Positions 1 to 8,929 of a stretch of DNA of 64,000 nt are shown one piece after another. The notes under the pieces are model-generated. The model made no database searches and was not told the DNA's origin. It saw nothing but the letters and a program-made list of their open reading frames with translations. A program made the translations under genes and the position numbers. Each line of letters opens with the position of its first letter. Position 1 is the stretch's first letter. The DNA is from Acidimicrobiia bacterium (GTDB taxonomy: Bacteria > Actinomycetota > Acidimicrobiia > Spongiisociales > UBA5794). The stretch covers positions 1,188 through 65,187 of the forward strand of contig QJWC01000028.1 in assembly GCA_003235475.1 (NCBI GenBank), written 5' to 3'.

Positions 1-509
1 ATGTCCTCCCCGCATCCCATGGGTTTCCTGCGCGTCTCGTCGTCCCTGGCCTGTACGGCTATGTGTCCGCAACGAAGTGGCTCACCGAGATCGAGCTCAC
101 GACGTGGGACGGCTTCGACGGGTACTGGATTCCGAGGGGCTGGAGCAAGGAGGGTCCCGTCAAGACCCAGTCGAGGATCGACCGGCCACGGATCGGCCAG
201 CCGATCGAGGCGGGGGTCTTCACCGCCGCAGGCGTTGCGTGGGCCCCGACTCGGGCCATAACCAAGGTCGAGGTGCGGATGGACGAGGGGGAGTGGCGGG
301 AGGCCGAATTGAGCGAGCCCCTGTCAGATGACGCGTGGGTGCAGTGGAAGCTCGACATCGATGTACCGCTCGGACGCCACTCGCTGCAGGTCCGCGCCAC
401 CGACGGCACCGGGCAGACGCAGGGTGGAAACGAGGTGAACCCCAAGCCGAACGGCGCTGAAGGTTGGCACCGGGTGAACTTCGAAGGGATCGAATCCGCT
501 ACGGCGTGA
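1..509 (+). CDS. Molybdopterin-dependent oxidoreductase, sulfite-oxidase family (5' end cut by window edge)
   Basis: Frame 3 reads GFPARLVVPGLYGYVSATKWL from the window edge. A dimerisation-type C-terminal domain follows, up to the stop at 507-509. Confidence 0.85.
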   Translation, partial: VLPASHGFPARLVVPGLYGYVSATKWLTEIELTTWDGFDGYWIPRGWSKEGPVKTQSRIDRPRIGQPIEAGVFTAAGVAWAPTRAITKVEVRMDEGEWREAELSEPLSDDAWVQWKLDIDVPLGRHSLQVRATDGTGQTQGGNEVNPKPNGAEGWHRVNFEGIESATA

Positions 510-3054
510 GGATCAGCGTCGACTCCGCCTGAGCCTCGATGTCTGACCGGCTCCAGAGCATCGACGCATAGCGGCCGTCGAGCCACAGCGGGATCATGTC
601 GTCGTAGTGCGGGTGGTCGATGTGGCCGGACTGCCCAGTCGTGTGGATGGTCAACGAGTTCGCGAGGTTGCCGAGGTCGACGATCATGCGCATCGACGGG
701 AGCCAGTCCACTTCGAAACCCTCGTCGGCGTTCCACCCCACGGCGTCGACCACCGACTCACTTCCTGCCACCGGGTATGGACCCCGATTGAACCGGTCGT
801 CGATGAGGCCGATCCCCGTGCTGCCCAGCGAGGCGCTCGTGAACCGAACCGTGTGCAGGTCGCCCCATGCCCAGTCATCGACGTCGCCACCGAACCGATC
901 CTCGAGCATCGACACCGCGGCTGAGAATGCGTCGGCCAGTATGTCGTCGCGGGTCTCCTTGCCGTCGGTCGTGACATCGTCCCAGAAGAGATCGTTCGGT
1001 AGGTCTGCGATCCCTCGCACCACCTCGAACCATCGAGAGCCTCCGCTTGCAGGGAAGTCCTCATGGAGTTCGTCGTTGAAAGTGCGGGCGAGGATCTCTG
1101 CCCATGTCGCCTGCCAGATCGCGGCTCCCGTGCTGTCGACAGCGTCCTGGAGATCCCAGGACGCAAGGGCGGCGACGGCATCCGCCTCGGATCCAGCTGC
1201 TGGAGCACTTCCCTCAACGGCTGAGAGGACGAACGGCCTGAGGAACTCTGCGTTCAGATCGCGACTATCGAATTGCATGGCAGCGAAGTCGGCGATCCCG
1301 GCGGAAGGGTACGCCTCGAGCATGTCCACGATCCGCCGCGCCCTGTATCCGTATGCCCAGTCCTCTGTGAGGAGATACGGGTACGAGTCGTCCACGACCT
1401 CGTTGTTCGCGGTGACGATGAAGCCGGAAGGGGGGTTCATCACAGATGGGAGTTCCTCGAATGGGATGAAGCCCGTCCATTCGTATTCGTCGGTCCACCC
1501 GGGCACCGGGAGTGTGCCATCTCCGTTCGCCCTGATCGGGATGTTGCCCGGTGTCTGGTATCCGATCGATCCGGTGATGTCCGCGTAGAGCAGGTTCTGG
1601 GACGGAACCCTGAACAACCTCGCGGCCTCCTGAAACTCCTCGAAGTTACGCGCCGTGTTGATTCGATGGATCGGGCCAGCGATCGACGGGATGTCGTCGA
1701 GACCCGTCCATCGCAGGGCGACCGCGTACGGCTCAGGAAGATCGAGGCCGGACTCGCCGACGGTGTCGAGCGGACCGTACGAACCGGAGATGATCGGGCC
1801 GTGGATGGTGGATCGGACGGTGACCTCGACGGAATCACCGCCAGCGACATCGATCACCTCGGTGCGAAGGTCCATGTCGAGCCATTCACCCATGTACTCG
1901 TACTGGAACTCGTTGTCCGGGTTGACCTTCTCGATGTAGAGGTCCTGCACATCAGGTCCGAGGTTCGTGAAGCCCCATGCGATGTTTGCGTTGTGGCCGA
2001 TGATCACGCCTGGGACCCCTGCAAAGCTGAACCCTGCCACGTCATATGGACACTCATCGTTCACGACCCGGCAGTGAAGCCCGACCTGATACCAGATGGA
2101 GGGCATCTGCATCCCAAGATGCGGGTCGTTTGCGAGGATCGCGTTCCCGGTCGGTGACCGGGCGCCGGACACAGCCCACGAGTTCGACCCGATTCCAGTG
2201 TCCACCTCGCCGCCCGTGAGGTGGTTCAGCCCTGCGATCGACCTGTAAGTGTCAGCCAGCGGTTCGATAGCTCCTTCAGGGACGGCGTACGACGCCTCGG
2301 CGCCGTACGCCTCTGCGGTGGAATTACCGACGATGACCGGGTGCCGGTCGTCCGGATACCGAGGGGCCAGCTGTCGCACCCGTTCCGGGGACATCGTGGC
2401 GAGCGCCATCGCCCGCTCGATCTCCGCGCCGAGGTTGCCCCCGAGGTCCCACGACATCACCTTGCCCCACGCGAGCGATTGCGCGCCGGTCCACGGCTCG
2501 ACGTTGTACCCGCCGTTGATGAGCGACAGGATCGTGTACTCGAAGCTGAGGTCTTTCTGAGGCGTCTTCGCGATGTAGGCGTTCACGCCTGCGGCGTACG
2601 AGTCGAGGATCCCTCGGAGGTCAGGCGAATCGGCGTCATACTGTCGCTGGGCGAGGCCACCCCAATCGAGGGTCCGGATGAAGGTGTCCGTGTCGACCTG
2701 GCTGTCGCCGAACATCTCAGAGAGCGTGCCGTGCGAGATGTGTCGCCAGAAGTCCATCTGGAAGAACCGGTCCTGGCTGTGAACGAAGCCCTGGGCCATG
2801 AAGAGGTCGTGCGGTGTGTCGGCGTAGATGTGCGGGACACCGAACTCGTCCCGGATGACCTCGACCTGTCCGTCGAGGCCTGGAACTTGGATGGTTCCTT
2901 CCGTCTGCGGAAACGCCCGACGGACCGACCACCGGCCCCAGAGCGCGACCCCGATGATCAGGACGAAGAAGAGTGCGAACGCTCCCCAGAGCACGCGGCG
3001 ACGTATCCGACGCCAGCGTGACGAAGGAGTCTTCTCCCCTGGTTGCCTCACCAT
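499..3054 (-). CDS. Penicillin acylase family protein (Ntn hydrolase)
   Basis: About 851 aa. N-terminal TM/signal VLWGAFALFFVLIIGVALW. Internal GIGSNSWAVSG fits the Ser-nucleophile context of the beta chain. The longest ORF (to 3549) runs antisense through bpa, so ATG 3054 was chosen. Confidence 0.9.
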   Translation of the reverse strand: MVRQPGEKTPSSRWRRIRRRVLWGAFALFFVLIIGVALWGRWSVRRAFPQTEGTIQVPGLDGQVEVIRDEFGVPHIYADTPHDLFMAQGFVHSQDRFFQMDFWRHISHGTLSEMFGDSQVDTDTFIRTLDWGGLAQRQYDADSPDLRGILDSYAAGVNAYIAKTPQKDLSFEYTILSLINGGYNVEPWTGAQSLAWGKVMSWDLGGNLGAEIERAMALATMSPERVRQLAPRYPDDRHPVIVGNSTAEAYGAEASYAVPEGAIEPLADTYRSIAGLNHLTGGEVDTGIGSNSWAVSGARSPTGNAILANDPHLGMQMPSIWYQVGLHCRVVNDECPYDVAGFSFAGVPGVIIGHNANIAWGFTNLGPDVQDLYIEKVNPDNEFQYEYMGEWLDMDLRTEVIDVAGGDSVEVTVRSTIHGPIISGSYGPLDTVGESGLDLPEPYAVALRWTGLDDIPSIAGPIHRINTARNFEEFQEAARLFRVPSQNLLYADITGSIGYQTPGNIPIRANGDGTLPVPGWTDEYEWTGFIPFEELPSVMNPPSGFIVTANNEVVDDSYPYLLTEDWAYGYRARRIVDMLEAYPSAGIADFAAMQFDSRDLNAEFLRPFVLSAVEGSAPAAGSEADAVAALASWDLQDAVDSTGAAIWQATWAEILARTFNDELHEDFPASGGSRWFEVVRGIADLPNDLFWDDVTTDGKETRDDILADAFSAAVSMLEDRFGGDVDDWAWGDLHTVRFTSASLGSTGIGLIDDRFNRGPYPVAGSESVVDAVGWNADEGFEVDWLPSMRMIVDLGNLANSLTIHTTGQSGHIDHPHYDDMIPLWLDGRYASMLWSRSDIEAQAESTLILTP

Positions 3055-3105
3055 GGGATCATCGTAGGTGGGGTACGAGTCACTCGGCTTCCGTATCCTG
3101 AGCCC

Positions 3106-3603
3106 ATGACCACTGACACGAATCCGGAATCGGAAGACGCCGTCGAATCCGTGACGCCCGAGGTCCTCGAACCGGCGGCCACCGACGACTCGGCCGGTGC
3201 CAGGGAGAGGCCTTCGGTATCCGAGCCGTCCAAGCTCATCCGCATCGCATCGATGACGAGGGCGATGCTCGACGAGGTCCGCGAGGCTCCGCTCGACGCC
3301 GCTGGCAGGATCCGGCTGCTCTCGATCTACGAGGGTTCGCTCGACGAGCTCAAGGAAGTCCTGTCCGAGGACCTCGTCGAGGAACTCGATTCCGTATTCG
3401 TCCCGATAACGGACGAGCCGTCGGAAGCCGAGCTGCGGATCGCGCAGGCCCAGCTCGTCGGTTGGCTCGAAGGGCTCTTCCACGGAATTCAGGCATCGCT
3501 CATCAGCCAACAGATGGCAGCGGCTGCACAGCTCGACCGGATGCGACAACGCAAAGCCCTCGAGCAGTCGTCCTCTTCGGACGGCAACGGCCTCTACCTC
3601 TGA
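3106..3603 (+). CDS. bpa: Bacterial proteasome activator Bpa/PafE
   Basis: AELRIAQAQLVGWLEGLFHGIQ matches the core recalled from M. tuberculosis Rv3780. The C-terminus ends GLYL, with the penultimate Tyr seen in the GQYL tail. Confidence 0.88.
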   Translation: MTTDTNPESEDAVESVTPEVLEPAATDDSAGARERPSVSEPSKLIRIASMTRAMLDEVREAPLDAAGRIRLLSIYEGSLDELKEVLSEDLVEELDSVFVPITDEPSEAELRIAQAQLVGWLEGLFHGIQASLISQQMAAAAQLDRMRQRKALEQSSSSDGNGLYL

Positions 3604-3647
3604 GGGCCGACCGTCCCCCTACGAAATCGGCTCTGTAGGCTGGAGGC

Positions 3648-4505
3648 ATGGCGATGTACCAGCTGCACACACCACCGCCGATGGAGGATCCGACGCTGAT
3701 CTTCGGGATGGCCGGTTGGGGAGACGCGGCGTCGGCAGCCTCCGATGCGGCCGACTGGCTCGTCGAGGACAGTCAACCGGTCGTCACCTTCGATCCGGAC
3801 GCGGTCTTCGACTACCGGTCGAACCGCCCCGTGATCAGGTTCTCGGGAGGCGATGTCGCATCCGTCACGTGGCCGAGGCTCGAGATCAGGCACGTTGCAC
3901 CGTCCGGGCGCGACGTCCTCGCGCTCGTCGGGAACGAGCCGGACTTCGCCTGGGCCGAGATATGCGACACGCTCGTCGACCTCGCCGGTCGATTCGGTGT
4001 GGAGAAGGTGATCACGCTCGGTTCGGTTCCGACGCCTATCCGCCACAGCCCCGAGGGCACGGTCTTCTGCTCTGCGTCCGACTCGCGGATGCTGCTCGCC
4101 GGTGACGAGGTGCTCATGGACCAGTTCGTCGTTCCCGCGTCGGCGGGGTCCGTCTTCCGTTCTGCGGTCGTCGAAGCCGGGTTCCCTTCGATCGGCTACT
4201 GGGCGCAGGTGCCGCAGTACGTCGGTCGCCCCTATCACCCTGCCATCCTCGCCCTGCTCAGAAAGACACAAGCGCAGCTCGGCATCGAGCTCGAGCTCGA
4301 CGCGATCATCAACGACGTCGGCCAGCAGATGGCCAGGCTCGATGAGATCCTCGAGCGTCGCGATGACGCGAGGGCGTTTGTCGACGGTCTCGAGCTGCGG
4401 GTGGGCAATACCGCGAAGTTCCCTGACGAACTGCCGACGGCCGATGAGATCGCGGACGAGGTCGCCCAATACCTCCGAGACTCCGAGGGCGGCGACGGCT
4501 TCTGA
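3648..4505 (+). CDS. PAC2 (proteasome assembly chaperone 2-like) family protein
   Basis: PTLIFGMAGWGDAASAA...FDYRSNRPVI...LVGNEPDFAW...VITLGSVP pattern typical of PAC2. Sits 45 nt downstream of bpa. Confidence 0.8.
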   Translation: MAMYQLHTPPPMEDPTLIFGMAGWGDAASAASDAADWLVEDSQPVVTFDPDAVFDYRSNRPVIRFSGGDVASVTWPRLEIRHVAPSGRDVLALVGNEPDFAWAEICDTLVDLAGRFGVEKVITLGSVPTPIRHSPEGTVFCSASDSRMLLAGDEVLMDQFVVPASAGSVFRSAVVEAGFPSIGYWAQVPQYVGRPYHPAILALLRKTQAQLGIELELDAIINDVGQQMARLDEILERRDDARAFVDGLELRVGNTAKFPDELPTADEIADEVAQYLRDSEGGDGF

Positions 4506-4513
4506 AGAGGATC

Positions 4514-4567
4514 TCGTCCGCCGTTCAACGGGGACGGGCGAGCGGAGCGAGCCACGGGATCATCCCC
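4514..4567 (+). repeat. Intergenic hairpin repeat, copy A
   Basis: tcgtccgccgttcaacggggacgggcgagcggagcgagccacgggatcatcccc. Shares its hairpin and the GGCGAG-YGGAG-SGAGC core with copies at 4665-4728 and 30367-30439. Confidence 0.7.
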
Positions 4568-4664
4568 ATCCGGCCTGCGAATCCCCCTGCGTCGCACCTG
4601 CGGTGTTCTGCCGTCCCCCGAAAGGGAGGACGTGTGCGGGAACGACGGGCGGACATGAAACCGG

Positions 4665-4728
4665 TTCGTCCCCCTTTCAAGGGGGACTGGCGAGTGGAGC
4701 GAGCCAGGGGGATCCCCGCGGGTCGCGG
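4665..4728 (+). repeat. Intergenic hairpin repeat, copy B
   Basis: ttcgtccccctttcaagggggactggcgagtggagcgagccagggggatccccgcgggtcgcgg. Perfect GTCCCCC/GGGGGAC stem, GGGGATCCCC palindrome and CCGCG-GGT-CGCGG hairpin. Confidence 0.7.
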
Positions 4729-4748
4729 TCAGGCGAGCTGCGAAGGCC

Positions 4749-5327
4749 TCAGTTGCTGAGGATGCCGACGAAGAGGGTCAGGACGATGAGCACGGCCGTG
4801 ACGGCGATCATGCCCCACACGGACCATGTCAGCCCCTTGACGGCGCTGATCTGATCCCTGATAGCCGCGGTCAGTTGGGCGAGCTCGACGTCGGACGCTG
4901 TGGCGGCTGGCTGCACTCTCGTGCGTTCGGCAGGCGTGGCCCTCGGAGGAGCGGCCGCGGGTGGCGTAGCGACCGCGGGTGGCGTGACGAGCGGAGGGGC
5001 CGGGTCGACCACGGTGGCTGCGGCAGGCGCTGGCATCCCTACTGGCACAAAAGACACTTCCTCGCCCTCTGCCGGGTGTCCGAGGTACAACGTGGTGGGC
5101 CCTTCGATGGCCACGACGTGGACCTGCTCGCCGTCGCGGAACGTCCCGTTCCTCGACCCCGCGTCCTCGAGCTTCCAACCGGTCCCGTCATACGACACGA
5201 TGGCGTGGCGTCGCGAGATACCCGGACGGGCGATGCGAACGTTCGCCGACGCGTCAGAACCGATCATGGCTCTTGTGTCATCGTCGATGACACTTTCGTT
5301 CCCCTGGTGGATGACCTTGAGTGGCAC
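4749..5327 (-). CDS. FHA domain protein with C-terminal membrane anchor
   Basis: FHA core IARPGISRRHAIVSYDGTGWKLEDAGSRNGTF, a Pro/Ala linker, then the TM WSVWGMIAVTAVLIVLTLFVGIL. The start is uncertain. GTG 5327 is preceded by GGAG. The longest ORF begins at TTG 5363. Confidence 0.8.
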   Translation of the reverse strand: MPLKVIHQGNESVIDDDTRAMIGSDASANVRIARPGISRRHAIVSYDGTGWKLEDAGSRNGTFRDGEQVHVVAIEGPTTLYLGHPAEGEEVSFVPVGMPAPAAATVVDPAPPLVTPPAVATPPAAAPPRATPAERTRVQPAATASDVELAQLTAAIRDQISAVKGLTWSVWGMIAVTAVLIVLTLFVGILSN

Positions 5328-5365
5328 GAGTTCTCCGGTGGTAAGCGTGCGGTGAAGCCACAATC

Positions 5366-5388
5366 GTAACGGACGTGAAGTCCGTTAC
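5366..5388. promoter_or_regulatory. Perfect 9-5-9 inverted repeat in the FHA/whiB divergent region
   Basis: GTAACGGAC-gtgaa-GTCCGTTAC read directly from the sequence. Confidence 0.4.
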
Positions 5389-5568
5389 CGCCACATCGAG
5401 GATGTGGACCGAGGGGCAGTGGACCGCATTTCCGACGAAATTTCTCGTCAATAGCCGTGCGCACCGGCGACAATGGCAGTAATCCGGGAATAGGCCCAAC
5501 ATCGTAGAGGTTGCATGCACCAAGGACGCACAGACCAGCAGAGCCGCGCACAGGAGGATCCGACCATC

Positions 5569-5859
5569 ATGCTGACCCTCAGCGACCTGATGTGGGAGCC
5601 AGAGGTCAATTGGCGTGCCGACGCAGCATGCAGTGGGATCAACTCCGACCTCTTCTTCCCTCCTGGTGACGACGATCCCAGCCCTGAGCAGACGCGCAAG
5701 GCGAAGGAGATCTGTGCGCAATGCCCGGTGCAGGAAGCCTGTCTCCAGTACTCCCTCGCCACGAACCAGGCTGCTGGCGTGTGGGGTGGCCTCGACGCCG
5801 GGGAGCGGCGGCGCATGAGGCGTCGTATCCGTGACCGGGAGCGCCGCAGAGCATCCTGA
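5569..5859 (+). CDS. WhiB family transcriptional regulator (Fe-S)
   Basis: Four Cys (C...CAQCPVQEAC), a GVWGG turn and an Arg-rich tail. ATG 5569 is preceded by CAGGAGGA. Confidence 0.9.
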   Translation: MLTLSDLMWEPEVNWRADAACSGINSDLFFPPGDDDPSPEQTRKAKEICAQCPVQEACLQYSLATNQAAGVWGGLDAGERRRMRRRIRDRERRRAS

Positions 5860-5878
5860 TCCACCGCATACTGGGCTG

Positions 5879-7321
5879 ATGCCTCGGTTCCTCATCTCGC
5901 TGTGCGTGTTCGCGGCGTCCGCAGCGATCCTCGTGCTCGAGATCGTTGCAGGTCGAATTCTTGCCCCGTACGTCGGTGTCAGCCTCCAGACGTTCTCGGG
6001 CATCATCGGAACCATCCTCGCCGCCCTTGCGGTCGGAGCGTGGGTGGGCGGTCGTGTCGCTGACGAGCGGGACCCCGTTGCGCTGCTCGGTCCCACGTTG
6101 ATCGTCGGAGGAGTCCTCGCCATTGCGTCGCCGGCCCTGGTCTACGTCCTCGGCCCATCCGCGTCCGGCGAATCGCCTGCCGTCATCCTGCTCCTCGCGA
6201 CCGTGGGCTTCTTCCTGCCTGCTGCGGTGCTCGCCGCCGTGACGCCCCTGGCAGCCAAGATCACACTTCGCAACCTCGACACCACGGGTTCGGTCGTCGG
6301 ATCGCTGTCGGCAATAGGTACTGCAGGCGCGCTCTTCGGAACCTTCGTCACGGGGTTCATCCTGATCGCGGCGATGCCCTCCCAGCCGATCACGTGGGCG
6401 ACAGGCGGGATCCTCCTGGTGCTCGGCCTCGTGGCAACTGTCGGAAAGCGAGCGATCATCGGCACGGGTGCAGTATTTCTCGTCGCTGTCCTCGGGTCAG
6501 CGGTCCTCGCCGCACCCTGCGATGTTGAGACTGCGTACTCGTGTGCCGTGATCGCCGATCGGCAGGTCGAAGGGCGGGAGTCGGTGAAGGCGCTCATCCT
6601 CGATCGATTCGTCAACAGCGTCGTCGACACCGAGGACCCGACCTACTTGTCGTCCCGCTACGCCAGGGTTCTCGTGGCCGCGGTTCAGGCGCAGTTTCCC
6701 GATGGCCCGACGCGTGCGCTCTACGTCGGAGGCGGCGGATTCACGTTGCCCAGGTTCTATCAGGCGACCGCCGGATCCGAAGCCGTGGTGCTCGAGATCG
6801 ACACCGTGCTTCCGAAGATCGCCGTGGAACGACTCGGGCTTGTCCCGGGTCCATGGCTGACGATCCTCGAGGGCGACGCCCGGATCGGCGTTCGGAAGGT
6901 GGCAAGCACGAGGTTCGATCTCGTCGTTGGTGACGCCTTCAGTGGACGCGCCGTGCCGTGGCACCTCACGACCCGCGAATTCGTGAGTGACCTCGTGTCG
7001 CTCCTCACTGATGACGGCCTCTACGTGATCAACGTGATCGACCATCCACCATTGCGGTTCGTGAAGGCGGAACTCGCGACGCTCGCGGCGGTCTTCCCCC
7101 ATGTTGCCGTGATCGCGCCGGCGAATTATCTCAGTGGTGAGCGGGGCGGAAATTTCGTCCTCGTGGGCTCGAACAGGGATATCGATGCGGCGTCGATCGC
7201 ATCACTCGTGCCAGCAAATGAGTTCGTTCTGGCGGACGCCGACGCCCACGGGTGGGCTGGCGACGCCGTGACGCTCACGGACGACTTCGCTCCTGCGGAC
7301 CAGCTGCTGAGCCGCCCCTGA
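5879..7321 (+). CDS. Fused polytopic membrane / spermidine-synthase-like protein
   Basis: N-terminal multi-TM region followed by a Rossmann methyltransferase-like part (LYVGGGGFTLPR, VVGDAF, LYVINV). Confidence 0.8.
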   Translation: MPRFLISLCVFAASAAILVLEIVAGRILAPYVGVSLQTFSGIIGTILAALAVGAWVGGRVADERDPVALLGPTLIVGGVLAIASPALVYVLGPSASGESPAVILLLATVGFFLPAAVLAAVTPLAAKITLRNLDTTGSVVGSLSAIGTAGALFGTFVTGFILIAAMPSQPITWATGGILLVLGLVATVGKRAIIGTGAVFLVAVLGSAVLAAPCDVETAYSCAVIADRQVEGRESVKALILDRFVNSVVDTEDPTYLSSRYARVLVAAVQAQFPDGPTRALYVGGGGFTLPRFYQATAGSEAVVLEIDTVLPKIAVERLGLVPGPWLTILEGDARIGVRKVASTRFDLVVGDAFSGRAVPWHLTTREFVSDLVSLLTDDGLYVINVIDHPPLRFVKAELATLAAVFPHVAVIAPANYLSGERGGNFVLVGSNRDIDAASIASLVPANEFVLADADAHGWAGDAVTLTDDFAPADQLLSRP

Positions 7322-7338
7322 AGTCTGCTGGGGCTCGG

Positions 7339-7932
7339 CTACTTCAGATAGGGACGTCGTTTCACGAACCTTCGACCCTGCCACCATCGGCCGATTCCGA
7401 TGTACACGCCACCGTTGAGGAACACGACCGCGAGCATCGTCAGCGCCCCGAGGATGTGCTCGTTCGTGAGCGGGTTGTCGGCAGGGGGAACCGATGTCGC
7501 GAGGTACATCACCAGGTACAGGAGTGCACCGCCGATGCCAGAGAGCCGCGTTCCTGCGCCGAGGATGAACGGCAACCCGATCAGCAGAAGGGCGATCATG
7601 AAGACCCAGTCCGTGACGTTCTGGGCGTTCGGTGCCGACGGTGCCATCCACGTGAACCAGTTTCCGAGAGCCGAACCGGCTGTTCCGACGTTCAGCACCT
7701 CGTAGGTCGGCGATCCACCGTTGATGAACGCCGCGTCGCACCCGATCTGTATCACCTTCTCGCCAGCGTCGTTCACCGAGGCACAGGTGCCGTATCCGAG
7801 GCCGATGAGCTTGTCGGCGAACGCCCAGAGCCACGTCCATCCGAACGCGATGCGCAGGATCCCGATCAACCACCAGCCTGACACCTTGCCGTCGACGGGC
7901 ATGTGCGTTCGCGGGTTGATCACCGTTGTCAT
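7339..7932 (-). CDS. DoxX/DoxD-like membrane protein
   Basis: WLIGILRIAFGWTWLWAFADKL plus further TM helices. ATG 7932 is preceded by AGGAGGG. The longest ORF begins at GTG 7953. Confidence 0.7.
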   Translation of the reverse strand: MTTVINPRTHMPVDGKVSGWWLIGILRIAFGWTWLWAFADKLIGLGYGTCASVNDAGEKVIQIGCDAAFINGGSPTYEVLNVGTAGSALGNWFTWMAPSAPNAQNVTDWVFMIALLLIGLPFILGAGTRLSGIGGALLYLVMYLATSVPPADNPLTNEHILGALTMLAVVFLNGGVYIGIGRWWQGRRFVKRRPYLK

Positions 7933-8065
7933 CTGGCCCTCCTGTGCGCTCACGATCCGGACGGATCTGACGCGCTGTGCGAAATCGGTCGGAGGGAGTA
8001 TGCCAAAGATCGGCGCGCGAAGGTCGATGCCGAGGTCAGCGTCGACCTTCGCGCGGTGCGAACGG

Positions 8066-8821
8066 CTATCCGGAGGGCGGTGTGAACGTCAGGACGACGT
8101 CGTCAACCTGGTTGAACACCACCTGCGAGATACCGATCGTCTCGAAGATGTAGCCATAGGCAGGACGCTTGTCCGGGTTGTAATACCCGTACCACCAGGT
8201 CGGCGAGAGTTCATCGTCCTCGAGCTTGGCACCCGTCGTGATGTTCACGGCGAAGGAGAGCTCGGCGCCCTGAATGTCATACGGGCCTTCTACGCCGTCG
8301 AAATCGCTGTCGAGCCAGAACCAATCCGAGTCTGCGGGAGAGCGGAGCATCCCTTCCTTGACGGAGGAGTCGACGTTCCCCACCAGGTAGTCCACGGAAC
8401 CGAGATCTTCGGGCGATGCGTCGAGCGATGGCATCACGACCAGGAAGGCGCCGGCTTCAGGCGGACCGAACAAGACGATCCCACCCGGCTCACCTATGTT
8501 GATCTCCCAGCTACCCGGGACCATGATCGACCAACCGACGACCTCGTCGACATACGTCTGCCACCCCTGTGCCTCCAGCGACGCGAGGTAGGCAGCCCTC
8601 AGCTCATCGGGTGTTGGCGGGAGAGTTGTGGTTGTGGTCGTGGTCGTCGAGGTAGACGTGGACGTGGTGGTCGAGGTCGACGTCGTCGGCAACTGCGTTG
8701 TCGTGGTGGTCGACGGCATGTCGGCAACCTCGGCAAGGTCGTCGTTGGTTGCGTCCTGGGTAGATCCACCGCAGCCAGCGAGAAGCGCTGCGATGCAGAT
8801 CGACGCTGCAATGTGCTTCAT
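8066..8821 (-). CDS. Lipoprotein with Thr/Ser-rich linker (function unknown)
   Basis: Signal peptide with lipobox MKHIAASICIAALLAGC, followed by the run TTTTTQLPTTSTSTTTSTSTSTTTTTTTT. Confidence 0.7.
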   Translation of the reverse strand: MKHIAASICIAALLAGCGGSTQDATNDDLAEVADMPSTTTTTQLPTTSTSTTTSTSTSTTTTTTTTLPPTPDELRAAYLASLEAQGWQTYVDEVVGWSIMVPGSWEINIGEPGGIVLFGPPEAGAFLVVMPSLDASPEDLGSVDYLVGNVDSSVKEGMLRSPADSDWFWLDSDFDGVEGPYDIQGAELSFAVNITTGAKLEDDELSPTWWYGYYNPDKRPAYGYIFETIGISQVVFNQVDDVVLTFTPPSG

Positions 8822-8929
8822 GATCGTTCCCCAATGGTTACGGGCCGTCACTCCCCGTCGACGACGCCACTCGTGAGACCATCGTCACGCATCTACGGGT
8901 CTTCGTGTATCGGGGATCGCCCCGATGCG

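Noticed and set aside
3055-3549. N-terminal 165-codon extension of the penicillin acylase ORF
   Set aside because: It is antisense to the strongly supported bpa gene and lacks a signal or TM segment. The internal ATG 3054 gives a normal signal-anchor N-terminus.
4102-4854. 250-aa plus-strand ORF spanning the PAC2 3' end and the hairpin repeats
   Set aside because: It is out of frame with PAC2 and is a Ser/Arg/Pro-rich sequence. It merely reads through the intergenic repeats and into the antisense of the FHA gene.
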